Below, one piece after another: positions 47,404 through 58,509 of a stretch of DNA of 64,000 bases. How positions within the stretch are numbered: position 1 is the stretch's first letter; every line of letters begins with the position of its first letter. The translations under genes were made by a program, and so were the position numbers. This stretch comes from a virus. The DNA lies in IMG/VR virus record IMGVR_UViG_3300011115_000650. The stretch is one strand, 5' to 3'. The notes beneath the pieces are model-generated. The model was not told where the DNA came from, searched no databases, and saw only the letters and a program-made list of their open reading frames with translations.

Positions 47404-48183
47404 TTACAAGTATTTTATGTCTACTGCACCTTCTTTAGTTATTAAAATAGCTGTTTTATTTTCAACCCAGTCTCCTGAGTTTAGATAATGGTAATTGTTT
47501 ATTTGACGATTAGCGGGTTGATGTATATGTCCACAAATCACTCCTTGACATCCATTGTATTGAGCTAATTTAATAGCTGCTGTTTCGAAGTCGTTTATGT
47601 AGTTGGTTGCTAATTTAACACTAGACTTAATCTTCTGTGAAAGAGATAGGTAAGGTAATTTTCTCCATACTCTATATCTATTATACCATCTATTCAACCA
47701 CAATGCTAGATCGTATCCAACTGAACCTATCTTGGCAAGCCATTTGTATTTTGTTGTGAATATATCTATTACATCTCCATGAAATATGTAGTACTTGTCC
47801 TTTATGTACACATCATCTATAAACCACTTAGTTGTCTCCAGTACGTAGTCTTCCCTGATTTCGATATTGGTAAACTTCATACCAATAAATTCAGCTAAAA
47901 ATTCATCATGATTACCTCTAATCCATATTATCTTAGTTTTGTGAGATAGCTTGAGTAGTTTGGAGATAACTTTAGTGTGTTGTTTTCTCCACTTAGTTCC
48001 TCTTTGTAATGCCCATCCATCTACTATATCCCCATTTAGTATCAATAGGTCAGTTTGATGTGTGTCTAAGAACTCAATGAATTCTTTTGTTTTACTGTCT
48101 TTTGTACCTAGATGTAAATCTGATACAACGATTGCTTTGTATTTAATTCCAGTACCCATAATCTTGTTTATACCAATTTTCAT
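47404..48183 (-). CDS. LpxH-like (UDP-2,3-diacylglucosamine hydrolase family) metallophosphoesterase
   Basis: SDLHLG, LNGDIVDGW, GNHDE, FHGD, CGHIH, NSGDWVE. Confidence 0.8.
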   Translation of the reverse strand: MKIGINKIMGTGIKYKAIVVSDLHLGTKDSKTKEFIEFLDTHQTDLLILNGDIVDGWALQRGTKWRKQHTKVISKLLKLSHKTKIIWIRGNHDEFLAEFIGMKFTNIEIREDYVLETTKWFIDDVYIKDKYYIFHGDVIDIFTTKYKWLAKIGSVGYDLALWLNRWYNRYRVWRKLPYLSLSQKIKSSVKLATNYINDFETAAIKLAQYNGCQGVICGHIHQPANRQINNYHYLNSGDWVENKTAILITKEGAVDIKYL

Positions 48184-48841
48184 TATTTCTGTTTAACCAT
48201 GATGACCAAGCTAGCTTTATCATATAGCCTACACCCTTATTATCAAAACGTCTAGGAGAGGTGTAGACAAACCTATTTAGTATCTTGAACTTGTTAGGTT
48301 TAATTTTTTGAGATAGATGATAATCTTCTGCTATCTTATCTTCTTGATTAAATCCACCTAACTTGTTGAATATTTCAGTCTTAAATAACATAAATCCACC
48401 TACAGCAAAAGGTTTTGTTACCCAAGATATCAACTGTATAACATCAAATATCCTATATACCCAATTGTATTCCCCTGTTAATGTTTTGAATCTACACGTA
48501 ACTAAGTCTAAATCTTTAGTAGTGATACTATCGAGTGATTTTGCTAATAAGTCTTTATCCCTTATCTCCATATCAGCATCTAGGAATAGGACATATGGTG
48601 TTGTAACCAATTTAGCTCCATTATTACGTGCAGTTGCTGGTAGGCCTCCCTCTGTAATCTCTACACCAGGGTACAACTCAGGCATAAATTTACCAATATA
48701 CACACTACGTAATCTACCTGTCGAGGAATCTGCTACTATAATTCTACACTGTATCGATTGTTGCTTTAGCGATCTAAGTGTTCTAAATAGTTTAGTACCT
48801 TCGTTCTTACACGGTATAACAATTGTTAGTAATTCGTTCAT
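48143..48841 (-). CDS. GT2-family glycosyltransferase
   Basis: IVIPCKNE, ARNNGA, FLDAD, GGF...AED, TSPRRF. Confidence 0.85.
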   Translation of the reverse strand: MNELLTIVIPCKNEGTKLFRTLRSLKQQSIQCRIIVADSSTGRLRSVYIGKFMPELYPGVEITEGGLPATARNNGAKLVTTPYVLFLDADMEIRDKDLLAKSLDSITTKDLDLVTCRFKTLTGEYNWVYRIFDVIQLISWVTKPFAVGGFMLFKTEIFNKLGGFNQEDKIAEDYHLSQKIKPNKFKILNRFVYTSPRRFDNKGVGYMIKLAWSSWLNRNNENWYKQDYGYWN

Positions 48842-51297
48842 AAATAGTCGTAAATTAATTCTTCACCATATTGCATCGTCCGTAGAGTCCTAAATTTAGC
48901 TTCATCGTCTAACGGTTTGGCTTCATTGATATCTAGAGACCATTGTGTCTTACCTCCATCGGCTAACCCGGTGAAGTATCCCTGTTCTCCTAATACAATA
49001 AACCAATCCCGTTGTTCGTTTTTTTGTTTAGTCTTCTTCACCGCTAACTATTTTAACTAGTTGATAAATACAAAACCCTAGTATGGTAGATAATGTTACG
49101 AGCAATATACCTGCTGCTATAAAAACTCCAATAGCCCTTGCTGTCTCATTTACTGTTGATGCTACTATGCCTCCTATTATTAGTAGTGTTATTAGGGTTG
49201 CTATTATTTTATTTTTCATTGTTTAGTATTGAGTTAATGTATTGTTAGTCTTCTTTACATTTATCACATTGAGTAGAACATTTCTTAAAATCATAATCTT
49301 CTTGAGCATTGGCACAACATTCATCATGACAATAAAAATCTTCCTCATCATTAAAAAGATTATGAATAACTTTATCCCAATCAGCTGCCCATATTATTTT
49401 TTTAATCAATGCTCTTAGTTCTTCTTCTGAAAGAATGTATTTGTTTTCTTCCTTCTTAACATTACATTGCATATAATTTCCTTCATCATCAGGGTCACAC
49501 TTTACTTTGAAATGTGTTACTTGGTTACCACAAGGAATATATATAGTTTGTTTATTTAGTTTATTCATTATTTATTTTTTACAAATATACGAAATATTTT
49601 TATATTAAACAACTTTTTCTAAACAATATCTTATTCCAGCTTCATAAGCTTCTGTTGGTGAGTTAAAATAATGTTGGTATAAGTACTCGGTTTCTTCTTC
49701 ATTCATCTCTTTTAATTTATCAGAATGTATATATCTTTTATACCCTATTAGTGATAAATTTGTAACCACCCATTTAAAATTATGAACATTTGGTTCATTT
49801 ACTACTGAAATAAATTTATGGTGTTTCTCATACAACCACATTATAACATCTGCTATGGTTGGGGCATTAATATTTAAACTAGTCCACTGAACTGAATTAG
49901 CATTCGTATCAAAGTAATAGTGTGATAACGGATGTATTTCACCTGATTTGTAATGTTTAAAATATGAATGTCTACCTAATTCATAATCATTATCTTCAGT
50001 TTGAAGATATTCAAATCCTTTTTCTTTTAACAATTTAGCTAAAAGATAACTTATTGGTTTATTCATTGTTTAATAGTTTTAAAATTACATATTCTTTTGA
50101 TGGGTCTATATTTTTTGCTTCTAAAAATTCATTTAAAGTATCACACTTATACCAATTATCTCCTGATACTCCTTTTGTAAATGTAAAATCTTTAATTAAT
50201 TCTTTAACTTGTTCATTTGTTAATGTAGATGTAGTTCCTATTATCTTATGTTTATCTAATCCTTTCACCTTTAAATGATGTGTTAATCCTTCACTATTTG
50301 AATTACGTGAAATCTCATCAAATCCAAGTGTTATTCCATTATATGTTGTTAGTGTTTGCATTAGTTAAGTTTTAATATAAATCTTCTGAAAATAATCTAT
50401 CCCCTCTTATTTCATTCAAATCTAATACTTGATTTTGTTTTAATGCAATTTGCAATCCTTCTTCACGACTGACAAATCTATTTTTAGATGTTAAGAAGCC
50501 TTGTTCATTTTCGCCACTTTCTGCATCTCTTAAACCAGTTATTGCACATTTTGAATAAATACATTGTCCGTGTCTTAAACCACAAAAAACAATCCCTTTA
50601 TCTAAATTTGTGGGAAGATATACTTCTATTGGCATTTCTTTTTTAAGTTCAATTTCTTTATACCAAATTGCGGCACATAATATTCGTTCCATAGTACTCT
50701 ACTTTATTGTTCAATTAGATTGTATAACTTTAAAAAATATTGATTTAGGATAGTACCCACCAAATACAAACACTGTAACTGGACACAACCACAAGATATG
50801 CTCTGTAGATACTTCTTTGTAGAAGCCTCCAAATTGGATTGGATGACCGTACTCTTCTAATACTTCTACATCCGCTCCCATACCCGTCATTACTAATTCA
50901 CTTTCACTACCTTTAAAATCTTCATCACTAATCCTTAATATTACTTCATCACCGTTATTAGATAACCGGTCGAGTAGAGTATCCGCACCTGCTACCATAG
51001 CTAGATTACCTTTGGTGCCTAGTCCTGCTTCTAAAAATTCAGGTAGGTCAATAAACCACCCTTGTTCGTCTTTGTAAAATCTGTGTACTGCTAACATATT
51101 GATTGATTTAAAATGATTATTACTATAGAGATACTTACCATTACGGCATTAATATACTTTACCGAACCTTCATCATACTCAAAGTACTCTTTAAGGTTCT
51201 TTACTTGGCCTGTAATCTGTAGAGCTTTATAGATAGCTAGATTACTGTAGAGTATTAGTATGGATGCTAATACGATGTTGAGTGTTGTGTGTATCAT
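48838..51297 (-). CDS. Run of small hypothetical genes (48838, 49028, 49245, 49605, 50059, 50372, 50711, 51091)
   Basis: Tightly packed same-strand ORFs; 50711 has WFIDLP...MVAGADTLLD...WLCPVT (DUF6717-like). Confidence 0.6.
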
Positions 51298-51308
51298 AAC
51301 TTGTTTTA

Positions 51309-51776
51309 TTATAGTGTTAAATATTTTCTACAGATGTCTGCTTGTTCCTTTAAAGATTGTTTTCTAGCAGCAGCAGAAGCAGCAGTAGCAGCAGCAGCAT
51401 AAATAGCAGTAGTAGCATCAGCATCAGTATAAGCAGCAGCATAAGCAGAAGTAGCAGCAATATAAGCAGCAGCATAAGCAGAAGTAGCAGCAGCATTTAA
51501 TTCATCTAAAGTAATAATTCCATTACCATAATTTATTGCAGCATCAACGGCGGCAATACTTCTATCATCTTTCATAAGATGTCTAACAGTATTAGCACAA
51601 TGACCCTTAGCTAGTGTTAATTCTCGTAAGTTGTCAGGATAGAGTTTTGCATATGCCCATAACATCCAATCGGCTCTTTCACATGTTGTAAATGCTTCTT
51701 GCAATGTTTTATCCTTTACCCAGTTTAGTGCTTCTTCACAAGCATTAATGTTTTCTAGTTGTTCTTTAAATATCAT
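51309..51776 (-). CDS. Ala-rich hypothetical protein (Imm5-like fold possible)
   Basis: CERADWMLW, DDRS..AVDAA, duplicated AATSAYAAAY. Confidence 0.55.
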   Translation of the reverse strand: MIFKEQLENINACEEALNWVKDKTLQEAFTTCERADWMLWAYAKLYPDNLRELTLAKGHCANTVRHLMKDDRSIAAVDAAINYGNGIITLDELNAAATSAYAAAYIAATSAYAAAYTDADATTAIYAAAATAASAAARKQSLKEQADICRKYLTL

Positions 51777-51788
51777 AACTTGTTTTAT

Positions 51789-51908
51789 TTAATTTTCATA
51801 TTCATTATTACAGCAATCACATCTATAATAATACTGGTTGCTAAATCCCCATACTATTTTATAGAATGTTTTAAATTCCTGGCAAAATTTACAATATAAG
51901 TGTTTCAT
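51789..51908 (-). CDS. 39-aa Zn-ribbon protein (not in track)
   Basis: MKHLYCKFC...YRCDCCNNEYEN downstream of a promoter repeat at ~51925-51960. Confidence 0.55.
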   Translation of the reverse strand: MKHLYCKFCQEFKTFYKIVWGFSNQYYYRCDCCNNEYEN

Positions 51909-51941
51909 TAATTACTTATTTATATACTAAAGATAAGGACT

Positions 51942-52682
51942 TTATTTTGACTTTCCAACTTTAAAAGAAGAATTTTCATAAATTAAATATTCTCCGCTAC
52001 TATCCTGAGTATCGATGAAGTAGTATCTTCCTCCGGTTGATTTACCTTCGATATCAATTTGTGATTGATAGGTATGTCCAACTACTTGGATTAGTTCTTT
52101 CTTTAGTATACTCTCTTTATTTGCCTTCATTAAGTATTTAGGTCTAATCCATATTGGAGTCTGACCTTCACTGTCTCCACCTTGGTCTCCAAATCTGGTA
52201 GGAGTAAAAGAAAACTGCTTTGGTTTATATGTAAACAGTTCATTTAAGTCTGTAGCTAGAGTATCAATAGACCAACTCTTATAGAACAGAGGACCAAAGG
52301 TATTATCTAGAAATAGATGTGATACACCGGCATGTGTACACAATATGTTCTCAAATTGGTATGCCATTTGTAGGTGTTCTCTATTCTCGTCTATAACCTG
52401 AACGATAGAAGGTGCTAGATTACGTTGATAGCCACTCGTACCCGTATACCCTACTTCAGGGAAGTAATGGTGATCGTGATTACCGATTAACAGTACTACT
52501 TCTTTACCAGATGTCTTCTTGTATTCAATAATCTCTTTGAAGTTATGAATCTGGTCTATACCTGGTATATCAAACGAATCAAAATAGTCTCCAATAAAAA
52601 TTACTCTGTCGGGGTTTTCTTGATGCACCATTAGTTTCCAGGTTGCTCGACCGTGTACATCGCCAATAAAAATTGTTTTCAC
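51942..52682 (-). CDS. Calcineurin-like metallophosphoesterase
   Basis: GDVHG, IGDYFD, GNHD, THAG, GHT. Confidence 0.85.
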   Translation of the reverse strand: MKTIFIGDVHGRATWKLMVHQENPDRVIFIGDYFDSFDIPGIDQIHNFKEIIEYKKTSGKEVVLLIGNHDHHYFPEVGYTGTSGYQRNLAPSIVQVIDENREHLQMAYQFENILCTHAGVSHLFLDNTFGPLFYKSWSIDTLATDLNELFTYKPKQFSFTPTRFGDQGGDSEGQTPIWIRPKYLMKANKESILKKELIQVVGHTYQSQIDIEGKSTGGRYYFIDTQDSSGEYLIYENSSFKVGKSK

Positions 52683-52683
52683 T

Positions 52684-55600
52684 TTATCTAAATTTTAATT
52701 CTAATATAATACAAAAAATTATGCCTACGGCAAATATTCCACTCCACAATAAACCTTCTTTAGCTCCTTTACTCAAGATAAACTTATTACTATTCATCCC
52801 ACATCTATATCCATGCATCCAATATTCTCTTTCACTTGATGTTCCCTCATTGTTCATATTCTCCCATGCTTGTTCGGCTTGTAGTTTCTCTTTATGTCTC
52901 CGTAGCTTTCTCTTAGTAATAGCTTCTTCACTCATGTCTGCTGTCATAATTTATTCAGTTTAGATTGTCCTAATGTATAAATTTGATGGAAGTCTTCCCA
53001 TTCTTCAGGAGTTAGTTCTAATAGTCTTTCTCCAACACTTCTTAATTCCCAGTCTTCACTACCCTTTTCTATAAAAGCAATAACAAAACAATAAGGAGTG
53101 TCATCAATTCTTTCAACCCATTTAACTATTTCATATAATGGTTTATCTTTTTTAGTAGATGTGGATTCTCTAAATTCAAGATTGTTTATTCTAATTTTCA
53201 TAACTTACTTATTTTATATTCTACTTCATCAATTAATTCACCTGGTATTCCATCACAATAAAATCTACCCATTCCAAACTTTTCTTTTATTTGTGTAAAT
53301 TTAAAACCTGGATATGTAATAAACTTTTCAAATTGTCCGTCTAACCATTTAATAAATTCATCATCTCCTAAACTTAATCCATAATGTCCTTCCTCTAAAT
53401 AGTTTTTATATTTTTCATTAAATTGTTCTATGTTCATAATTCTATATTTTATTATTTAGTAAATAATCATCTAATACAGATGTTATACTTTCTTTGTTTA
53501 TTTCTACACTTGGAATATACATTTGAGAACCTTCATTCCAAATCTTACCATTCTGTAAATAAACACTATCAGCAGCTTTCTCTAATAACTCTTTACCAAA
53601 TTCTCTTTGATTTTCCTCTAATTGTTTGATTAGATATTCAGCATTATGTGAATATAAATGATTTATTTTAGCTCCATCTTTTTCTAATATAAACGGTTCA
53701 AGTATTTCTTTTATTGATTTCATACTTCTTGTATTTTAGTTTGTATCATAATTGTTTATTTAGATTGTCTAACTATTTTAACTGATGTATTGTTTTGTAA
53801 TTTAACATTAGGTGGTTTCAATTCTTCTAAATTATCTTGTATCCAACTTTCTGTTACTTGTTCTATTGGTGTATTAGGATGGTCTTTAGTAATTAAAGTA
53901 AACGTGGTATTTTGATTACTTCTTCCGTTTAGATTACAATTAATTATTTTTATTATAGTCATAATTGTTCAATATAAAGTTTAAATAATTCTTGTGTTGT
54001 ATGAGGTACTTCTTCTTCCCCATAATCTCTCCATTGATTTAAATCATAGTCATAACAATAATTATCAAAACACCATTTATTAAATTCTATACAATGTTTT
54101 TCAACAAACTCATTAATATTCTCCACTATCAATTTATTCTTATCATGGGATAGTTCAAAACTTCCATATCTATCCCAGATTTGTTTTTCTATTTTATTCA
54201 TTGTTTATTTTTTAAATATTAATGTGTCACCTACTGAATATTTGTTGCAACTATCTATAAAAAAATTAATATTATAATCACCAATAGCATATCCGTATTT
54301 ACATATCATTAATTGATAATTTTCGATTTCTTTTGAAGTTATTACAGGATTATGTAAATTACTTTTTAATCCACACCCAATAATAAACATAGATGCAATA
54401 AGTAGTGTTGTTAATATTCTTTTCATTTTATTTATTTATAGTATTAAGTTAATGTATTGTTCTTTTATAGGAGCATCATAATCACGTCTTTCATAATTTC
54501 TTTCTTGATATTCTCTTTTTACACCTGCTATAAAAGCATCACTAATTACTTGTTCCATTTCTTCTTTACTTAGAACATACTTGTTTGTTTCTTCTTTTAA
54601 CCAATGAGTAGGATAATTATCTTCTATATCACTTGTGTTAAAGTTATTTGGAAGTTGAAAGTAAGCTGTTCCTATTCTAGGATTTAATAAATCATTCCCT
54701 CTATTTTCTAAAATAAAAATAGCAGTTTTGTCTTTAGGTAATTCATCCTTTACACTTACAGGTACATATACCTTATCTGTTATTGTTAGTTTATTCATTG
54801 TTCTATTTTTTTCTGTCTTCTCTTATCATAGTTAATACCATATTAGATATAGTATCGTACCCCTTAACCTTATTGATTAATTTCCCATCCTCTCTAAAAT
54901 TAAATACCACACCCAGTTCATCAACTATCTCTAATTCATTAGCAGTTGTATGAGATAGATTACCTAATGCTACTTCGAGTTGAATATTTCTAACGTCGTA
55001 TTCTGTTAACTCTACTTCTCCAATATAGTATTTGGGTGGTGGTATGATGGGTATTACCACATGACCGCTTTTAATCTTTATAACCTTATAGTTATTATTT
55101 AGTACTTTCATAGCTTTTGTATTTGTTTTTCTCCAACATATAAATCTGGAAATAATCTTCCTTTTAGGTTTTCACTATCAACTAAGTAATACCATGTACC
55201 TTGATGAGTTTCTCTTGTATACCAAATATACATTTCCTTATCATGCCATTTAGGATATTCTTTAGCTATTACTTTTACTTTTTCCATCTTTTACAATTTC
55301 AATTAATTTAATTAAACAAGCTTGTTCTGCTTCTTCGTAGGTATTAAAATAAACCATCTGATTATAATACTTATAATGATTATAATCACATTCCGTTATC
55401 CAAAAATAATAAGAACCTTCCACTCTTTTATGTAATAAACCATCTATTTCATACTTCTCTCTAAACCATCTAAATGCTTGTTGGTATAGTGGTGCTAAAC
55501 ATTCACCTTCTCTAAGAAAATCTTGTTTAAATGAAATTGAATTAGGAGAATAACCATGCATCCCATCAGTAATACATAATTGTATGTTATCTCCTTTATA

Positions 55601-55996
55601 TTTAGGAGTATTTGTCCAAAAAGTAAAACACTCTTCATCAAATCCAATTGACTTCATATCAAGACTTGGTTGATACGGCACAAATTCTTTAGTCATAACC
55701 TTATTTATTTTATTATACAATAAAGATAAGGACTTTATTTTGACCAAACAACTTTATTTTAACCAAAATTTCCACCATGGTTTTGAAGGAGTTACCTTAG
55801 GCTTACCCACTAACGTGATGTGGTTGTAGAGAGAGTTTATAGTCTTATAAACTGTGTAGTGTTGGGTTGGAGGTATTTTAGAGATGTTGACCTGTATATG
55901 GACAGGAACGTGTAGTATTTCTCCATTCTCCATTATCTGAAGTTCAGTATCTACGATGAGATACTCTTTGTTTAGATGTTTTGTATTTCGAATCAC
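52684..55996 (-). CDS. Run of ~12 small hypothetical genes, including a predicted lipoprotein (54205-54426)
   Basis: Abutting or overlapping ORFs; 54205 has a signal peptide plus IIGC; an extra 59-aa ORF lies at 55108-55287. Confidence 0.6.
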
Positions 55997-56058
55997 CCGG
56001 CATATAAGTATTATTCGTGAACAAAATGATATGTTAGTATCTAGTATAAATATATAGC

Positions 56059-56094
56059 CTAATTGGAAAGTGGTGCTTTAATTGTTGGGTGTGA
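56059..56094 (-). pseudogene. Stranded duplicate of the thyA 3' end
   Basis: Encodes SHPTIKAPLSN* versus ThyA SHPAIKIPLSN*. Confidence 0.8.
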
Positions 56095-56104
56095 TTAAAA
56101 TACA

Positions 56105-56929
56105 CTAATCTACAAACATCCAATTGTATTTATTTGAGTTGCATCTGTAGTTAACTAATCCTCTCGTAATACCAAAAGCTTTTGCTGCTTCCTGACCTGT
56201 TTGATAGAGAACACCATCAGCTTTTACTTTCTTGCTATTTGAAGGCTTGATTGTTCTAGCATTAGCGTACTCTCTAAGCTTCTGTTTAGTTTCTTCCGTA
56301 TGGGTCTTTCCGTAAAATGGATTGTTAGCTCCTGACCTATCTCTACATTTACCGCAAGCTTTAGACGTCGGATCTATTCTTGCTCCACAATCACAAAAGG
56401 TACGTCCTCCTTTCCAATTTGGATTATTATCACCTTCATAACTTCGACGATTATTCGTACACCTCTCGATCAACTCGGTTGGCTTTTGCTTGCCTTTCCA
56501 GTACCCTTCCTTTCCATACATTCCATTATTCTGTCCTCTAACCTTAGTAGACCTCTCCTCTCGCTCTTCTGCTGATAGAGAATCCCAATACTGCTTTGCT
56601 GTTATTGATTTCTTTTCAAGGTACTCCGGATCGGTGTAGTTGATAAAACTAGAGGTATCACCACCGGTTCCTCCTTCAGTTAGGTTGTATCCGTTTTCGA
56701 TAGCGTTCTTTTCTTTAATCCAGTAAACCTCTCTACTGTTAAGATCTTCCTTATCTATACACTCTTCTAAGATACACTTTGTAAAATTCTCTAGCCCATA
56801 CTTCTGTATAGCTGCTTTGATTAGCTTGCCACTACCAAAATACGAATCGAAGTTAGATCCGCTATACTGTCCAATGTACATTTTTCCATTGAGATTATTT
56901 TTAATCTCGTAGACTATAAATCTTTTCAT
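56105..56929 (-). CDS. GIY-YIG homing endonuclease with NUMOD3
   Basis: IVYEIKN..NGKMYIGQ, YFGSG, GYNLTEGG.GG, NPFYGKTHTEETKQKL. Confidence 0.85.
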   Translation of the reverse strand: MKRFIVYEIKNNLNGKMYIGQYSGSNFDSYFGSGKLIKAAIQKYGLENFTKCILEECIDKEDLNSREVYWIKEKNAIENGYNLTEGGTGGDTSSFINYTDPEYLEKKSITAKQYWDSLSAEEREERSTKVRGQNNGMYGKEGYWKGKQKPTELIERCTNNRRSYEGDNNPNWKGGRTFCDCGARIDPTSKACGKCRDRSGANNPFYGKTHTEETKQKLREYANARTIKPSNSKKVKADGVLYQTGQEAAKAFGITRGLVNYRCNSNKYNWMFVD

Positions 56930-56984
56930 ATTGATACTGTGTTAGGTTTACCCTTTAATATAAATATCAGAAAAGTAGAAAAAG

Positions 56985-58148
56985 CTAATTAGAAAGTGGA
57001 ATTTTTATAGCTGGGTGGCTTTGATATCCTTCGATAATAAAATCACCAATCTCATAATGTGCGATGTCATCAACTTTACTATTTAGTATTTTTAACTTCG
57101 GTAATGGGTATGGCTCCCTACTAATCTGTTCCTTAACACCATCAATTTGATTTAGGTAGATGTGACAATCTCCCATATTCGCAATTAATTCATCAGGAAC
57201 CATATTAACTTCTTTGGCTATGATTTCTAAAAGTAGAGCATAACTTGCGATGTTGAATGGGGTACCCAACGGAACATCTTGACTTCTAGTATTATACATT
57301 AAAGAGATTGCTCTGGTTGGGATATTCCATTTATTCATTAACTCAATTATGATGTCATCTTCATTTCTACTATGTCCATAATCTAATAATGATTCATATT
57401 TAAGAACATCAATAGCGTAATCCTTTCTTTCATTTAAACTCAACTCTCTTGTATAAACTTGAAATCCATAATGACAAGGTGGAAGTACCATTGAATCCAA
57501 TTCTCCAACATTCCAAGCATTAACCATTAATCGTCTTGAGTCTGGATTTGTTTTAAGGTCGTTGATTAGGTTTGCGATTTGGTCAACTGCACTCGTTTCT
57601 ACTACAATACTATCATCTGACATATTGTACATTTCCTCAAATTTTCTACGTCTAACATTAGTTGTTTCCCATCTTCTCCATTGATGTCCATAAATTTTTC
57701 CGAGTGACCCCCATTTATTAGCAAACTCATCATCTGTTTTGATTTTGTTGATAAATTCTTCTTCTGATAATATCTCACCATTTTCATTAAATGGTGTTGG
57801 TTTTATTTTTTTACCACCATCTATTTTTAAATAAAAATCATATACTTCTTTATTTTGATTAATTTTTTCAAAAAACGATTTATATGCGTCACCTGTCCAG
57901 ATATTACATTCATTATCAACTAAGTACTTAATATTAGTATCTCCACGTAAGAACCAAAGAAGCTCAGTTACCATAGTTTTAAAAGCTATCTTCTTGGTAG
58001 TTAGGAGTGGAAATCCTTCGGACATTTTATGTCTTATCTGTCTTCCAAATACTGATATAGTACCCGTTCCTGTTCTATCTTGTTTAGTTACCCCATTGTC
58101 TAAAATGTCTTGGAGTAGGTCTGTGTATTGTTTATCTATTGTATTCAT
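56985..58148 (-). CDS. thyA: Thymidylate synthase with large insertions
   Basis: DRTGTGT, FPLLTTKK, ELLWFLRG, DSRR, LPPCH, RSQD...PFNIASY, GDCHIY. Confidence 0.95.
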   Translation of the reverse strand: MNTIDKQYTDLLQDILDNGVTKQDRTGTGTISVFGRQIRHKMSEGFPLLTTKKIAFKTMVTELLWFLRGDTNIKYLVDNECNIWTGDAYKSFFEKINQNKEVYDFYLKIDGGKKIKPTPFNENGEILSEEEFINKIKTDDEFANKWGSLGKIYGHQWRRWETTNVRRRKFEEMYNMSDDSIVVETSAVDQIANLINDLKTNPDSRRLMVNAWNVGELDSMVLPPCHYGFQVYTRELSLNERKDYAIDVLKYESLLDYGHSRNEDDIIIELMNKWNIPTRAISLMYNTRSQDVPLGTPFNIASYALLLEIIAKEVNMVPDELIANMGDCHIYLNQIDGVKEQISREPYPLPKLKILNSKVDDIAHYEIGDFIIEGYQSHPAIKIPLSN

Positions 58149-58509
58149 AACTTTCTATTTTTGTATCTTTGTATGTTATTGTGATTAGTTTGGTTGGTAT
58201 GTTTGCTTCATCCATAGCTTTATTATGACCATCAGGATAGTGTAACATTTTACTTTGCGCTTCTAATTCCTTTCTTAAATCTAAATTTTTGTAAGCAATT
58301 CTAAACCTTTCATCTCTACTCAATTCCCTTTCCTCAATCTTTAATCCCCACTTTTCAGAGAACTCAGGATTGGTTTTACATTTGTTGATGAACTCTTCTT
58401 TCCCATACCAATCACCATATATTTGATTTTCACCTTGCACAACATCGTGAATATATGTGAGGTAATTCTCATACGCTTCATCAATAATCTGTTGTTGTTC
58501 ATTATTCAT
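58132..58509 (-). CDS. Stand-alone paralogue of the ThyA insertion segments
   Basis: EEFINKCKTNPEFSEKWG, RELSRDER and NIPTKLITITY match ThyA inserts. Confidence 0.7.
   Translation of the reverse strand: MNNEQQQIIDEAYENYLTYIHDVVQGENQIYGDWYGKEEFINKCKTNPEFSEKWGLKIEERELSRDERFRIAYKNLDLRKELEAQSKMLHYPDGHNKAMDEANIPTKLITITYKDTKIESYEYNR

Noticed and set aside
51360-51495. Ala-codon repeats as a DGR variable region
   Set aside because: Simple low-complexity tandem duplication; no reverse transcriptase or template repeat is seen
56985-58148. ThyA as a dCMP hydroxymethylase, or as intron/intein-split
   Set aside because: The specificity residue is Asn (PFN), the frame is continuous, and the inserts lack intein terminal motifs
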